A DNA stretch of 61,622 bases from an uncultured Bdellovibrionales bacterium (GCA_964451495.1 CAYVHS010000004.1:1-61622); one strand, 5' to 3'; positions 43,925-53,392 are shown, counted from the first letter of the stretch. The notes: generated from the letters alone by a model not told the origin. Numbers and translations are program-made.

Positions 43925-45184
43925 ATGATCAAACCAAGCGAAGCAGAAATCATGTCACCAGCTGGGAGTTTCGCCAGTCTGGCGGCGGCTATACAGGGCG
44001 GGTGTGATAGTATCTATTTTGGCGTGACGCAGCTCAATATGCGGGCTCGTGCGGCGGATAACCTGACGTTGACTGACTTGGCCGAGGTGGCTCGAATTTG
44101 CCATGAGCATAATGTAAAGGCTTATCTGGCAGTCAATACGCTTCTCTATGAACATGACACCGCTATTATGAGGAAGATTGTCGACGCGGCCAAAGAACAC
44201 GCTATCGACGCTATCATCGCTTTTGATTTTGCCACCATCCAGTATTGCAACGAAATCGGTTTTCCTGTGCATGTATCCGTGCAGTTTTCTGTTTCGAATT
44301 ATGAGTCGCTCAAGTTTTTCGCCAAGTTGACCAATCGTGTCGTCTTGGCACGTGAATTGACCATTGACCAGATTCGCGCCATACACGAGCAAATCCTCGC
44401 GGAACAATTGATGGGCAATGAGGGGAGGCTCATGGAGATCGAGGCATTCATCCATGGAGCGCTCTGCGTGGCTCAGTCGGGGCGTTGTTTCATGAGCGTT
44501 TATACCGATAACGCGTCAGCCAATCGCGGGGCCTGTAGACAGAATTGTCGGAGGCAATACAAGGTGACGGATATCGAGACGGGCAAGGAACTCGTGCTCG
44601 ATAATCAGTATGTGATGAGCGCGGCGGATATCTGCACGATTGATTTTCTGGATGAACTCCTCGCAGCAGGGGTGCAAGTGATGAAAATTGAGGGTCGGGG
44701 CCGAGCGCCCGAGTACGTAGAGATTGTCACGAGAACGTATAAACAAGCATTACGAGATATTAAAGAGGGGACATATACGAAAGAGAAGATCGAGCGATAT
44801 TATGAGGATTTGAAAACCGTCTATAATAGAGGTCTATCACGGGGGAATTATTACTTGGGTCGTGAACTCGAAGCGTATAGCGACGTGCACGGGTCCAAAG
44901 CGACCAAACAAAAACGCGCTGTTGGCATAGTGAAAAAATATTTTGCCAAGGCGCATGTCGCAGAGGTAGTACTTGATGCAGGCGACATGGCAGTTGGGGA
45001 AGATGTTCTCATTATCGGAGCGACGACGGGTGTCTACGAGGGAAAAATCACGGAACTGCGGAGTCCAGACGGTGGGGCTATTGAAGGTGCTGCTAAAGGT
45101 GAAACGATTACTTTTCCGGTGACTGAGAGAGTGCGTGTAAATGATAAAGTATATATTTGGGAAAACCGACAAGAAAATTTCTAA
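43925..45184 (+). CDS. peptidase U32-family protein (RlhA/TrhP-like RNA hydroxylation family)
   Basis: U32 signature EAFIHGALCVAQSGRCFMS. N-terminal SPAGSFASLAAAIQGGCDSIYFG. Confidence 0.9.
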   Translation: MIKPSEAEIMSPAGSFASLAAAIQGGCDSIYFGVTQLNMRARAADNLTLTDLAEVARICHEHNVKAYLAVNTLLYEHDTAIMRKIVDAAKEHAIDAIIAFDFATIQYCNEIGFPVHVSVQFSVSNYESLKFFAKLTNRVVLARELTIDQIRAIHEQILAEQLMGNEGRLMEIEAFIHGALCVAQSGRCFMSVYTDNASANRGACRQNCRRQYKVTDIETGKELVLDNQYVMSAADICTIDFLDELLAAGVQVMKIEGRGRAPEYVEIVTRTYKQALRDIKEGTYTKEKIERYYEDLKTVYNRGLSRGNYYLGRELEAYSDVHGSKATKQKRAVGIVKKYFAKAHVAEVVLDAGDMAVGEDVLIIGATTGVYEGKITELRSPDGGAIEGAAKGETITFPVTERVRVNDKVYIWENRQENF

Positions 45185-45276
45185 TTTCTAAACAATCCCT
45201 AATGATTTAATTTTGAATTTCTTTAAATTAAGTTATTGTTTGAAAATTGAAAATTAGAACTTGAAAATTATTTTTT
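45183..45276 (+). repeat. AT-rich intergenic repeat element, copy S3
   Basis: AATTTCTAAACAAT ... ATTGTTTGAAAATTGAAAATTAGAACTTGAAAATTA. Inverted arms match 12/14. It ends 8 nt before the ferredoxin ATG. Confidence 0.65.
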
Positions 45277-45513
45277 ATGGGTACAAAAAAAATAACGCTC
45301 TGTCACAAGCGCAATGACTGCATCGGTTGCGGGTCATGCGTGATGATTGCCCCGGGGCAGTTTACGATGAATGCGGCGGACGGCAAAGCGGATCTAAAAG
45401 GTGCGGAGTGGCACGGTGATGAATTCATGGTGACCAAGATCGAGGAGGATGAGTATGAACAAAACAAGCAGGCTGCCGATGCCTGCCCTGTGGGGATTAT
45501 TCGTTTGGATTAA
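45277..45513 (+). CDS. small ferredoxin
   Basis: CIGCGSCVMIAP ... ADACPVGIIRL. Confidence 0.8.
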   Translation: MGTKKITLCHKRNDCIGCGSCVMIAPGQFTMNAADGKADLKGAEWHGDEFMVTKIEEDEYEQNKQAADACPVGIIRLD

Positions 45514-45522
45514 AGACTTTTT

Positions 45523-46584
45523 ATGCAGCCTTTTTTGGGATTTTGGGGAGAATTGAAGAAACCTTTTTTTGTTCTCGCGCCGATGGCTAATGTCACTGAT
45601 GCGCCATTTCGACGCATTATAACGAGGTATTCGAAATACGGTGGCAAAGACATGGGGGATGGTTCGAAGGAAAATCTGCCCGCTGAAGCGTTGCGTGTCG
45701 GAGGGCCGGATGTGACGTGGACGGAATTTGTTTCGGCGGATGGTCTCTGTCATCCCAAGGGACGAGAGGCACTTCTGCGAGATCTGTGGTTCACCGAAGG
45801 CGAGCGGCCAATTGTGACGCAGCTTTTCACGGCTCATCCAGAAAAGATGTTTGAAGCGGCGAAATTCGTATCCGAGCTCGGATTTGATGGCATCGATATC
45901 AATATGGGCTGTCCGGATAAGAATGTGATGAAACAAGGTGCTGGCGCGACGCTCATGAAAGATCCAAAATTGGCCCAAGCAATTATTCGCGCAGCTCAAG
46001 AAGGGGTAGTGGCGTCAGGGAAAAAGATTCCGATTTCGGTGAAGACGCGGCTCGGGTATAACGAAGATATTCTGGAAGAGTGGTTACCAGTGTTGCTCGA
46101 TATGAAACCGGCGGTTATCACCCTGCATGCGCGGACCAAGAAAGACATGTCTCGGGTCCCAGCCAGGTGGGAGCGTGTGAAGCGAGCGGTAGAGATTGCA
46201 TCTGGAAGCGGCACGTTCATCATCGGCAATGGCGATGTGCTTGGTCTGGTTGATGCAGAAGTGAAAGCGAGAGAGACTGGTTGTGATGGGGTGATGCTCG
46301 GCCGGGCCGTGTTTGGTAATCCGTGGCTTTTCAATAAAGAAAAACAATCTGTGACAGTCCGGGAGAAATTGGAAGCATTGATCGAGCACACGAGACTATT
46401 TGAGGAGACATGGAGAGATACGAAAAGTTTCGAATTGATGAAGAAGCACTATCAAGCGTATGTGAATCATTTTCCGCTGGCCAAGGAGCTACGTACCCAG
46501 CTCATGCAGTGCCATGATGCAAAAACTGTGGCGGAACGAATAGAGAACTTTCTTGTAGTACATCCTGAGGGAGGTATTGTTTGA
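45523..46584 (+). CDS. dus: tRNA-dihydrouridine synthase
   Basis: LAPMANVTDAPFRRI, DINMGCPDKNV, TLHARTK, GNGDV. Confidence 0.9.
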   Translation: MQPFLGFWGELKKPFFVLAPMANVTDAPFRRIITRYSKYGGKDMGDGSKENLPAEALRVGGPDVTWTEFVSADGLCHPKGREALLRDLWFTEGERPIVTQLFTAHPEKMFEAAKFVSELGFDGIDINMGCPDKNVMKQGAGATLMKDPKLAQAIIRAAQEGVVASGKKIPISVKTRLGYNEDILEEWLPVLLDMKPAVITLHARTKKDMSRVPARWERVKRAVEIASGSGTFIIGNGDVLGLVDAEVKARETGCDGVMLGRAVFGNPWLFNKEKQSVTVREKLEALIEHTRLFEETWRDTKSFELMKKHYQAYVNHFPLAKELRTQLMQCHDAKTVAERIENFLVVHPEGGIV

Positions 46585-46639
46585 TGGAAGTGTACTTTCT
46601 GATATGCTGCTTTTTCTTTAACAACAGGAGGGGGTTAAT

Positions 46640-47065
46640 ATGATGAATGAAAATTCATTGAGGCGTTTGCGAATATTGCGCAAGCATATTCAGCGGGCGC
46701 TTGAGATGATCAGAGCCAATGAGCCTTTTCGCTTGGCAGACGGGCGGGAGAAGCCGGAGTGGAATGACTTACAGAATGTCGTAGACGTTCTCGGTTGTCG
46801 CAAACAGGAGCGTTACCGACCGTACACGTATATGCGCGCGGTAGCCGGTGCTCTCGAGGCCACTATGGCTGCATTTACAGGAAGAGAGACATTGCCTGAT
46901 TTACAGTGTCTGAAGCGATATCTCTTGGGGGTTCTGAATAAAACCACAGGGAAATATGCATTTGAGTATCAGGCAAATACGCTCTTTTTCCTGGGTCGTT
47001 TCCGGACCAAGCTCACTAACAGGATATCGGCTGCACAAAAAGTATTGCAGAAGAAAAAATCCTGA
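46640..47065 (+). CDS. hypothetical protein (141 aa)
   Basis: Strong SD AGGAGGGGG 6-7 nt upstream. Own terminator downstream. No motif recognised. Confidence 0.65.
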   Translation: MMNENSLRRLRILRKHIQRALEMIRANEPFRLADGREKPEWNDLQNVVDVLGCRKQERYRPYTYMRAVAGALEATMAAFTGRETLPDLQCLKRYLLGVLNKTTGKYAFEYQANTLFFLGRFRTKLTNRISAAQKVLQKKKS

Positions 47066-47072
47066 GGGAGGT

Positions 47073-47113
47073 AAAAGGTATGTGTACGAAGTACCGCATG
47101 CCTTTTCTTTTTT
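47073..47113 (+). terminator. rho-independent terminator
   Basis: AAAAGGTATGtgtacgaagtaccgCATGCCTTTTcttttttg. Confidence 0.75.
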
Positions 47114-47162
47114 GTTACAATGATTTACAGTGAGGAGTACTCAAGAAATTTTATCACTGGGT

Positions 47163-48218
47163 ATGAAAATTGCGGTATTGGTATCGGGCGGAGTGGATAG
47201 TTCGGTAGCGCTCAGGCTACTCCAGGAAGAGGGGCATGAACTGCACGCTTTTTACCTCAAAATTTGGTTGGAAGATGAATTATCTTTCCTGGGTGAGTGT
47301 CCTTGGGAGAATGATTTGTCGTACGTACGAGCGGTATGTGAGCAGGCCGGTGTGCCTCTTCGGGCGGTGCCGTTTCAGAAAGAATACTGGGAGAAAGTGG
47401 TGGCCTATACTATAGACGAAGTAAAGCAGGGCCGGACCCCTAATCCGGATATGCTCTGCAACGCGCGCATCAAATTTGGTGCATTCTATGATGCATTCGG
47501 CAAAGATTTCGATAGGGTCGCGACGGGGCACTATGCTCGGACTGAAGAGCGGAACGGGAAAACGTGGCTTATGATGTCGCCGGATGATATCAAAGATCAG
47601 ACGTATTTCCTTTCGCAGCTCACACAAGAGCAAATATCCAAAGCCCTGTTTCCTATCGGAAAATATGAAAAGCATGAAGTCCGGGCACTCGCAGAGAAAT
47701 TCGAGCTCATGAATGCCAAACGTAAGGATAGTCAGGGGATTTGTTTTCTGGGAAAAATTCCGTTTGATGCATTCTTGGAATATCATCTCGGCAAACGACC
47801 GGGCAAGATTATCGAATATGAAACAGGAAGTATACTCGGGGAACACGATGGTTTCTGGTATTTCACCGTGGGGCAGAGGCGGGGTATCCGGCTCGCCGGA
47901 GGGCCATGGTATGTCGTAGCGAAAAAATCTGAAACCAATGAAGTTTTTGTTTCTCATGGTGAACATCATGAGCTTCTGGCTCGGAATAGTTTTATGGTCG
48001 GCGGATTGAACTGGATCTCGGGCATAGCTACTGATAAAACCGAGCTCACGGTCAAACTGCGTCATGGCCCCAAGATGTACCCGGCAACCATTGAATTTTT
48101 AGGAAGCGATACATTGAAAGTAATGCTCAAAGAAAAAGACCAGGGTGTTGCTGCTGGTCAGTTCGCCGTATTCTACGACGGAAAATATTGTCTTGGTGGT
48201 GGGGTTATCGAAGAATAA
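47163..48218 (+). CDS. mnmA: tRNA 2-thiouridine(34) synthase
   Basis: PP-loop VLVSGGVDSSVA. TPNPDMLCNARIKFG. ATG at 47163 (MKIAVLVSGG) is preferred over the GTG at 47130. Confidence 0.92.
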   Translation: MKIAVLVSGGVDSSVALRLLQEEGHELHAFYLKIWLEDELSFLGECPWENDLSYVRAVCEQAGVPLRAVPFQKEYWEKVVAYTIDEVKQGRTPNPDMLCNARIKFGAFYDAFGKDFDRVATGHYARTEERNGKTWLMMSPDDIKDQTYFLSQLTQEQISKALFPIGKYEKHEVRALAEKFELMNAKRKDSQGICFLGKIPFDAFLEYHLGKRPGKIIEYETGSILGEHDGFWYFTVGQRRGIRLAGGPWYVVAKKSETNEVFVSHGEHHELLARNSFMVGGLNWISGIATDKTELTVKLRHGPKMYPATIEFLGSDTLKVMLKEKDQGVAAGQFAVFYDGKYCLGGGVIEE

Positions 48219-48221
48219 GTC

Positions 48222-49211
48222 ATGTTAATTCGAAAAGAAAAAATTGTGTGGTTCGAGGAGAGACTGTCTGACTTTTTCCAGAAGGTTGGACGGGAGCATT
48301 TGCCGTGGCGGAAAAAGAAGATCACGGCCTATGAAGTATGGGTGAGTGAAATTATGCTGCAACAGACGCAGGTCTCTCGTGTTATTGGTTATTATGAGCG
48401 GTTTATTGGGCGTTTTCCAACCGTGCAAATGCTCGCTGCTGCCAGTTGGGAAGAGTTTCTACCCTACTATGAAGGATTGGGCTACTATAATCGTGGACGC
48501 AATATGCTCCGAGCGGCAGAGGAGGTAGTGGCAAAACATCAAGGAAAATTCCCTCGGGATGCCGAAGCCCTACGAAGGCTCCCTGGCATCGGTCCGTATA
48601 CGGCAGCGGCTATCATGAGCTTTGCCTACGGTGATAATCATCTCGCCTGGGATACTAACCTCAAGCGTGTCATTGGAAGGTTTTTCCTCGGAGGCAAACA
48701 ACTGGTTACCGATGAAGCATTTTGGGAGGATAGATTTGAGACACCGAAGAAAGAGATGAATGCGGCGCTCATGGATTTCGGGAGTTCGCTCTGTATGGCT
48801 CGGCCGAAGTGCGAGGCGTGTTCTCTCAGAGCACGCTGTGTCTATTATAGAGAAAAGGGGAAGCGGGAAATAAAGATAGAGAGAAAAATGACTGAGATGC
48901 AAGGTGTCGATTGGAAACAAGCCCAAGTGTACGTCTTTTTACATGAGAATCACAAGAAGTATTTTTCTGCAAAAAAGTCTCGTTTTGAGCCATTTATACT
49001 GTTGTCTGGGTACAATAATCGTGCGAGTATCAAGAAGTATTTTCTCGAGAAATACGGCCTGTCGCTTGCTGTCCGCCCACCGCATGCGAAAAAAATTATT
49101 GGAGGGAAACCGGTTTTTTTCGTGAACGCTCAAATCCTGCTCGGGAAAGCATCTTTTGCAGTATTTCCGAAAAAGGCCCTGGAAGCGTATACTAAAGAGA
49201 GAATCCTCTAA
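48222..49211 (+). CDS. mutY: A/G-specific adenine DNA glycosylase
   Basis: EVWVSEIMLQQTQV, HhH LPGIGPYTAAAI, Fe-S loop CMARPKCEACSLRARC, C-terminal Nudix-like domain. Confidence 0.9.
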   Translation: MLIRKEKIVWFEERLSDFFQKVGREHLPWRKKKITAYEVWVSEIMLQQTQVSRVIGYYERFIGRFPTVQMLAAASWEEFLPYYEGLGYYNRGRNMLRAAEEVVAKHQGKFPRDAEALRRLPGIGPYTAAAIMSFAYGDNHLAWDTNLKRVIGRFFLGGKQLVTDEAFWEDRFETPKKEMNAALMDFGSSLCMARPKCEACSLRARCVYYREKGKREIKIERKMTEMQGVDWKQAQVYVFLHENHKKYFSAKKSRFEPFILLSGYNNRASIKKYFLEKYGLSLAVRPPHAKKIIGGKPVFFVNAQILLGKASFAVFPKKALEAYTKERIL

Positions 49212-49249
49212 ATATTAGTGTAGCTGAGAAAAACATCAGCTGAAATCCT

Positions 49250-50308
49250 ATGCAGCTCAAATCTCTCAATGTCTATTTCTTTTTTCTTCTCCTGTTTGTC
49301 GTGGGAACAGTGGCTTTTTTTATCTTCCAGCCTTTTTTGACTGCGATTGTGACCGCGGCTATTCTCGCAGCTCTTTTCAAGAAGACGTATAACACGTTTG
49401 AAAAATGGTTCAGGGGGCGGCGTGCAACGAGCGCATTTTTGACTTGTTTTATCGTCTTTGTGGTTATTATTACGCCGGTACTTTGTGTGTTAAGCCTGGC
49501 AGTGGGCGAGGCCAATACGCTGTATCATGCACTGGGAGAACAGTCATCTCTGGAAAATATACTCAATCAGGGCTTGTCGACAGTCAAAAACTTTCCGTAT
49601 GCCAATATTTTCATAAATACCCAGACGCTGGATCAGAATCAAATTATTGATAACGTCAAACAATTCAGTCAGAGTGCTCTCGGTTTGCTTCAGGCGGCTT
49701 ATCAAGGAGTGACACAGTTTGTATTTTGGGTGTTTGTCATGTTCTTTACCCTGTTTTATTTCTTGATTGATGGCAAACGAGCACTTCAGTATCTGGTGCG
49801 TATTTCACCGTTACGTAACGAGCACGACCGGTTGCTCATTCAGAAATTCATTTCCATCAGTCGTGCCACCCTCAAGGGGACAATCGTTATCGGTGTCTTG
49901 CAGGGGTTGCTCGGAGGAATCATGTTTTGGATCGCGGGAGTGCCATCACCTGCTATCTGGGGGCTCATCATGGCGTTTCTTTCTCTCATCCCAATGTTTG
50001 GGAGTGGCATCATATGGCTACCCGCAGGTATTATTTTGCTTTTGCTTGGGGATATTTGGCAAGGAATCTTTATCTTGTCCGTAGGCATAGGAATTGTTTC
50101 GACGATTGACAATGTGTTGCGACCGAAACTCGTGGGCAAAGATACGCAGATGCACCCACTTTTGGTGTTTTTTGCGACGCTTGGTGGGATTTCTCTTTTT
50201 GGTTTATCAGGGTTTGTGATGGGGCCGATTATCATGGCACTGTTCATGGCACTGACCGAAATCTATAGTATCGAATTTGGCGAACAACTTAAGGAATACA
50301 ATCAATAA
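49250..50308 (+). CDS. AI-2E/PerM-family transporter
   Basis: Eight TM topology. Conserved C-terminal block IDNVLRPKLVGKDTQMHPLLVFFATLGG. Confidence 0.85.
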   Translation: MQLKSLNVYFFFLLLFVVGTVAFFIFQPFLTAIVTAAILAALFKKTYNTFEKWFRGRRATSAFLTCFIVFVVIITPVLCVLSLAVGEANTLYHALGEQSSLENILNQGLSTVKNFPYANIFINTQTLDQNQIIDNVKQFSQSALGLLQAAYQGVTQFVFWVFVMFFTLFYFLIDGKRALQYLVRISPLRNEHDRLLIQKFISISRATLKGTIVIGVLQGLLGGIMFWIAGVPSPAIWGLIMAFLSLIPMFGSGIIWLPAGIILLLLGDIWQGIFILSVGIGIVSTIDNVLRPKLVGKDTQMHPLLVFFATLGGISLFGLSGFVMGPIIMALFMALTEIYSIEFGEQLKEYNQ

Positions 50309-50387
50309 GTGCGAAAGTTTATAAGGTTATAAAGTCTATCAAGTCGTGATTTTTCGAAAGATTTAAAACTTTATTAACTTTATTAAC

Positions 50388-51260
50388 TTGATGAACTCAG
50401 TCGTTTGGCAATATATTCCAGAAAGTATCAATCCAATCGCTTTTTCGGTTGGATTTTTTTCTGTGCGCTGGTACGCCTTTTTTTTCTTATGTGGTTTTCT
50501 AGCGGCGATGCTGTTCATTTTAGAGCTACGGAAGAAAGAAGACATATATTGGTCCAAAGAGAATATTTATGACATGTTCTTCACTCTTTTCTTGGGAGTA
50601 TACGTCGGCGCACGGCTAGGGTATGTATTTTTCTATAATATGGATGTGTTTGTCCGTGACCCTCTCCGTATTATTCTTCCCTATGATTTCCATCTTGGAG
50701 TCTGGGTGGGTATTTCGGGTATGAGTTTTCATGGCGGATTAATCGGAGCGGCACTTGGCCTTTATTGGTTTGCGCGTACGAGAAAGATGTCATTTTGGTG
50801 GTTGGCCGATAGAGTGTCTCTGGCGACACCGATTGCTCTTTTGTTCGGTCGGCTAGGAAATTTTTTCAATATGGAGCTCTATGGCAGGGTAACCGATAAG
50901 CCTTGGGGGATGTATTTCTCGGGAACTCTACCTCTCGGGGTGCTCCGCCATCCAGCACCGCTGTACGCAGCATTTCTCGAAGGCGCCACTCTCTTTGTCC
51001 TTCTTTTATATATCCGATTTCGGTATAAGAAACTTTTTCCCGGCGCTCTGGCTGCGTTGTTTTTGATGGGATACGCTACCCTTCGGTGTATCGGCGAGTA
51101 TTTCCGTGAACCGGATCCTCAGATAGGCTTTCTTTTTGGTGGATTAACCCTGGGGCAAGTGTTTTCTATGGGGATGTTTGTTATAGGAATAAGTGTTTTT
51201 TCGTGGCTCAAATGGAAAAATCATGTTACAATAGAGCGGCAGCAAAAAACTCTTGAGTAG
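50388..51260 (+). CDS. lgt: prolipoprotein diacylglyceryl transferase
   Basis: FHGGLIGAALG, GRLGNFFNMELYGR, HPAPLY. Confidence 0.92.
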   Translation: MMNSVVWQYIPESINPIAFSVGFFSVRWYAFFFLCGFLAAMLFILELRKKEDIYWSKENIYDMFFTLFLGVYVGARLGYVFFYNMDVFVRDPLRIILPYDFHLGVWVGISGMSFHGGLIGAALGLYWFARTRKMSFWWLADRVSLATPIALLFGRLGNFFNMELYGRVTDKPWGMYFSGTLPLGVLRHPAPLYAAFLEGATLFVLLLYIRFRYKKLFPGALAALFLMGYATLRCIGEYFREPDPQIGFLFGGLTLGQVFSMGMFVIGISVFSWLKWKNHVTIERQQKTLE

Positions 51261-51273
51261 TATTTTTGTGATT

Positions 51274-51684
51274 ATGTTGGAAAAAAAGACAGTATTTATT
51301 CTCGTGGGCACCGTAATCGCGATAGCTGGTCTCGTCTGGTGGGGACTGCAAGATGCTGAGGCTCCTGCTCCGGATGATCCGAGCGCCATCGTCTATTATT
51401 ATGGCTCTGAGTGCCCGCACTGCAAAGTCGTACAGGAGTGGCTCGATGAAAACAACATAGCTGAGAAGGTTTCTTACGTCAAAAAAGAAGTGTGGCACGA
51501 TACCAAGAATGCTAGCGAGCTCGAGCGTCGCGCAAAGGCCTGCGCTATTCAGCCTGAGGGTATGGGAGTACCGTTCGTGTATGGTGGCAATGGGCAATGC
51601 TATGTCGGTGAGCCTGATGTGAAAAAGTTTTTCAGCGAAAAAGCGGGGATAAAAGTCCCTGCCCAATCAGAAACGGCAAACTAA
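51274..51684 (+). CDS. membrane-anchored thioredoxin/glutaredoxin-like protein
   Basis: TM then YYYGSECPHCKVVQEWL (CxxC). ATG at 51274 is preferred over the TTG at 51253. Confidence 0.8.
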   Translation: MLEKKTVFILVGTVIAIAGLVWWGLQDAEAPAPDDPSAIVYYYGSECPHCKVVQEWLDENNIAEKVSYVKKEVWHDTKNASELERRAKACAIQPEGMGVPFVYGGNGQCYVGEPDVKKFFSEKAGIKVPAQSETAN

Positions 51685-51697
51685 AACAGAATTTTTC

Positions 51698-52663
51698 ATG
51701 CAACCTCTTTCTTTTTCTCCTTTAGAGGGGAATGTTCAGAAGAAATTGCCGGTGATGGATATGAAGGCTCCGCGCCGAGCATCTACGCCGAGTACGACTT
51801 ATCGTCCGTCGTCTGTTCCTTTGGCGCGTCCCGTGTTAGCAAAACGGAGGGCGATTGATGGCGCCCACAGAGATAAACATTCTTTTTTAGTTCAATTGCA
51901 TGAGCAGTCTTTGGGGGATACTCTCAAACGTTTTTGGCGTAAAGCACAAATTGTTTCTCGGCGGGTGAAGCGTCTCGCCAGCCGTATTATTCCAGACTTG
52001 GCTCCGCGCAAGATGCTCTATGGATCGATTGTCGGCGGGATAGCCTTTGGTATGGTCTCGATGGCTTTTATGGAACATTATTTCGGCCCGGGGGTATTCG
52101 CTCGTTCTGCTGAGGTGGCCCAGGTAGCCGTCGTTGAGGATACATCTTCACGAGAAGTCGGAAGTAGTTTGGTAGCGAAGGAAGAAAATTATAGTAGTCA
52201 AAATGATATTTTTTTCGAGTATTTCGGCGAGGCTGCCAAAGATCAGTATGAGGAAAACATCCGGCAAATGGTCAAGGGATATCCCATCGAAGAGATGCTC
52301 CCGTATATTCTGGAGCAGGATCGTATCACGGCCTCTTTCCTCATCGGTATCGGGAAAAAGGAAAGTAATTGGGGGAAAAGAGTCCCAGTGCTCGACGAGC
52401 AGGACTGTTTTAACTATTGGGGGTATCGGGGAGTACGGCGCATGATGGGGTCTGGTGGGCATACGTGTTTCAATAGTCGCAAAGACGCTGTCGAAACGGT
52501 AGCCAAGCGAATCAAAACGTTGGTGCAGTCTGAAAAACTGAATACTGCCGAGAAAATGATTGTCTGGAAATGCGGGTTCAGCTGTCAGGGGCATAGTCGG
52601 GAGAGCGTGAAGAAGTGGATCAGCGACGTGGATATGTATTTTGCTCAAGCCAACGAGGAGTAG
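51698..52663 (+). CDS. membrane-anchored envelope protein, KKESNWGKRVP/4-Cys family, paralog 2
   Basis: GIGKKESNWGKRVP..DCFNYWGYRG..GHTCFNS..WKCGFSCQGHS..VKKWISDV. TM GSIVGGIAFGMVSMAFM. Confidence 0.85.
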   Translation: MQPLSFSPLEGNVQKKLPVMDMKAPRRASTPSTTYRPSSVPLARPVLAKRRAIDGAHRDKHSFLVQLHEQSLGDTLKRFWRKAQIVSRRVKRLASRIIPDLAPRKMLYGSIVGGIAFGMVSMAFMEHYFGPGVFARSAEVAQVAVVEDTSSREVGSSLVAKEENYSSQNDIFFEYFGEAAKDQYEENIRQMVKGYPIEEMLPYILEQDRITASFLIGIGKKESNWGKRVPVLDEQDCFNYWGYRGVRRMMGSGGHTCFNSRKDAVETVAKRIKTLVQSEKLNTAEKMIVWKCGFSCQGHSRESVKKWISDVDMYFAQANEE

Positions 52664-52739
52664 TATATTTTTCCGAATTTTCCACAATATCTATCTTTCC
52701 CAGATGGATATTTTATTTTTTCCAACCCCATCTTCATTT

Positions 52740-52820
52740 CCTAGGAATCTTCTCTTCCCATCTTGAGCGTTCTTTTTTTCTTAATTCTGTAAAATTTCCC
52801 TCAGCATTTCTTTTTTCTGC
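52740..52820 (+). repeat. non-coding repeat unit U1 (CCTAGGAATC ... AAAATTTCCCTCAGCATTTCTTTTTT)
   Basis: Read directly. Both end blocks recur in U2 and, inverted, in U3. Confidence 0.7.
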
Positions 52821-52835
52821 TTTCTTTCTACGCCT

Positions 52836-53048
52836 CCTAGGAATCCCCATTCCTCTCTCGAACTTCGAGGCCCAGAGATTTTTTCCAGCGAAAAATCTCC
52901 TACACGAAAGACTGCGGATTTCCGAAGACGGAAAACCGAGCTCCGCAGCCTTTCGAGTGCCCCGAGAGTCCGAAAAGGAGAGAGATTCCTTGAAAACCAA
53001 ACATCTGCTGATACCACAAAAATTTCCCTCGACATTTCTTTTTTCTTC
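52836..53048 (+). repeat. non-coding repeat unit U2 (same end blocks, ~155-nt structured insert)
   Basis: CCTAGGAATCCCCATTCCTCTCTC at 52836-52859 matches 23/24 to inverted U3. AAAAATTTCCCTCGACATTTCTTTTTT is at 53018-53048. The insert holds a 9-bp hairpin (52875-52899) and a 6+7+6-bp hairpin (52905-52955). Confidence 0.65.
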
Positions 53049-53093
53049 GCTTGGCAGACGGCGGTAATATGCGTGATGAGCGTGTCGGTAACA

Positions 53094-53163
53094 GTCGAGC
53101 ATGCATAGGATGGTTTCGACTAGACAGCTCCCTGTTCGACATAGCGAGTCAGGCATGTTCGAC
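53094..53163 (+). repeat. four iteron-like repeats (T)GTTCGAC / GTCGAGC
   Basis: TCGA cores are at 53095, 53116, 53136 and 53159, spaced 21, 20 and 23 nt. GTCGAGCATGC (53094-53104) is also complementary to GCATGTTCGAC (53153-53163). Confidence 0.5.
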
Positions 53164-53174
53164 GGCTGGCCCGG

Positions 53175-53250
53175 GAAGAAAAAGAAATGCTGAGGAGAAA
53201 TTTTATAGGATAAGAAAAGAGGGTTTGAGAGAGGAGTGGGGATTCCTAGG
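53175..53250 (-). repeat. non-coding repeat unit U3 (inverted copy)
   Basis: Minus strand: CCTAGGAATCCCCACTCCTCTCTCAAAC...TATAAAATTTCTCCTCAGCATTTCTTTTTCTTCC. Confidence 0.7.
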
Positions 53251-53392
53251 GGCGTAATTTTGGGGGATAGAAATTGGAAGAAAAAAATGCCGAGGGTGGG
53301 TGTATTGAAAAATAGTAGAGAGAAAAATAAAAAACCGCCCCCGATACTTCGCGATGTTTCGCTAGGTATCTGAGAGCGGCTATGCTGTGGTT

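Noticed and set aside
52664-53392. Possible CRISPR array
   Set aside because: There are only three repeat copies. One is inverted, the spacing is irregular (16 nt versus ~125 nt), the repeats are ~80 nt long and imperfect, and there are no cas genes in the window.
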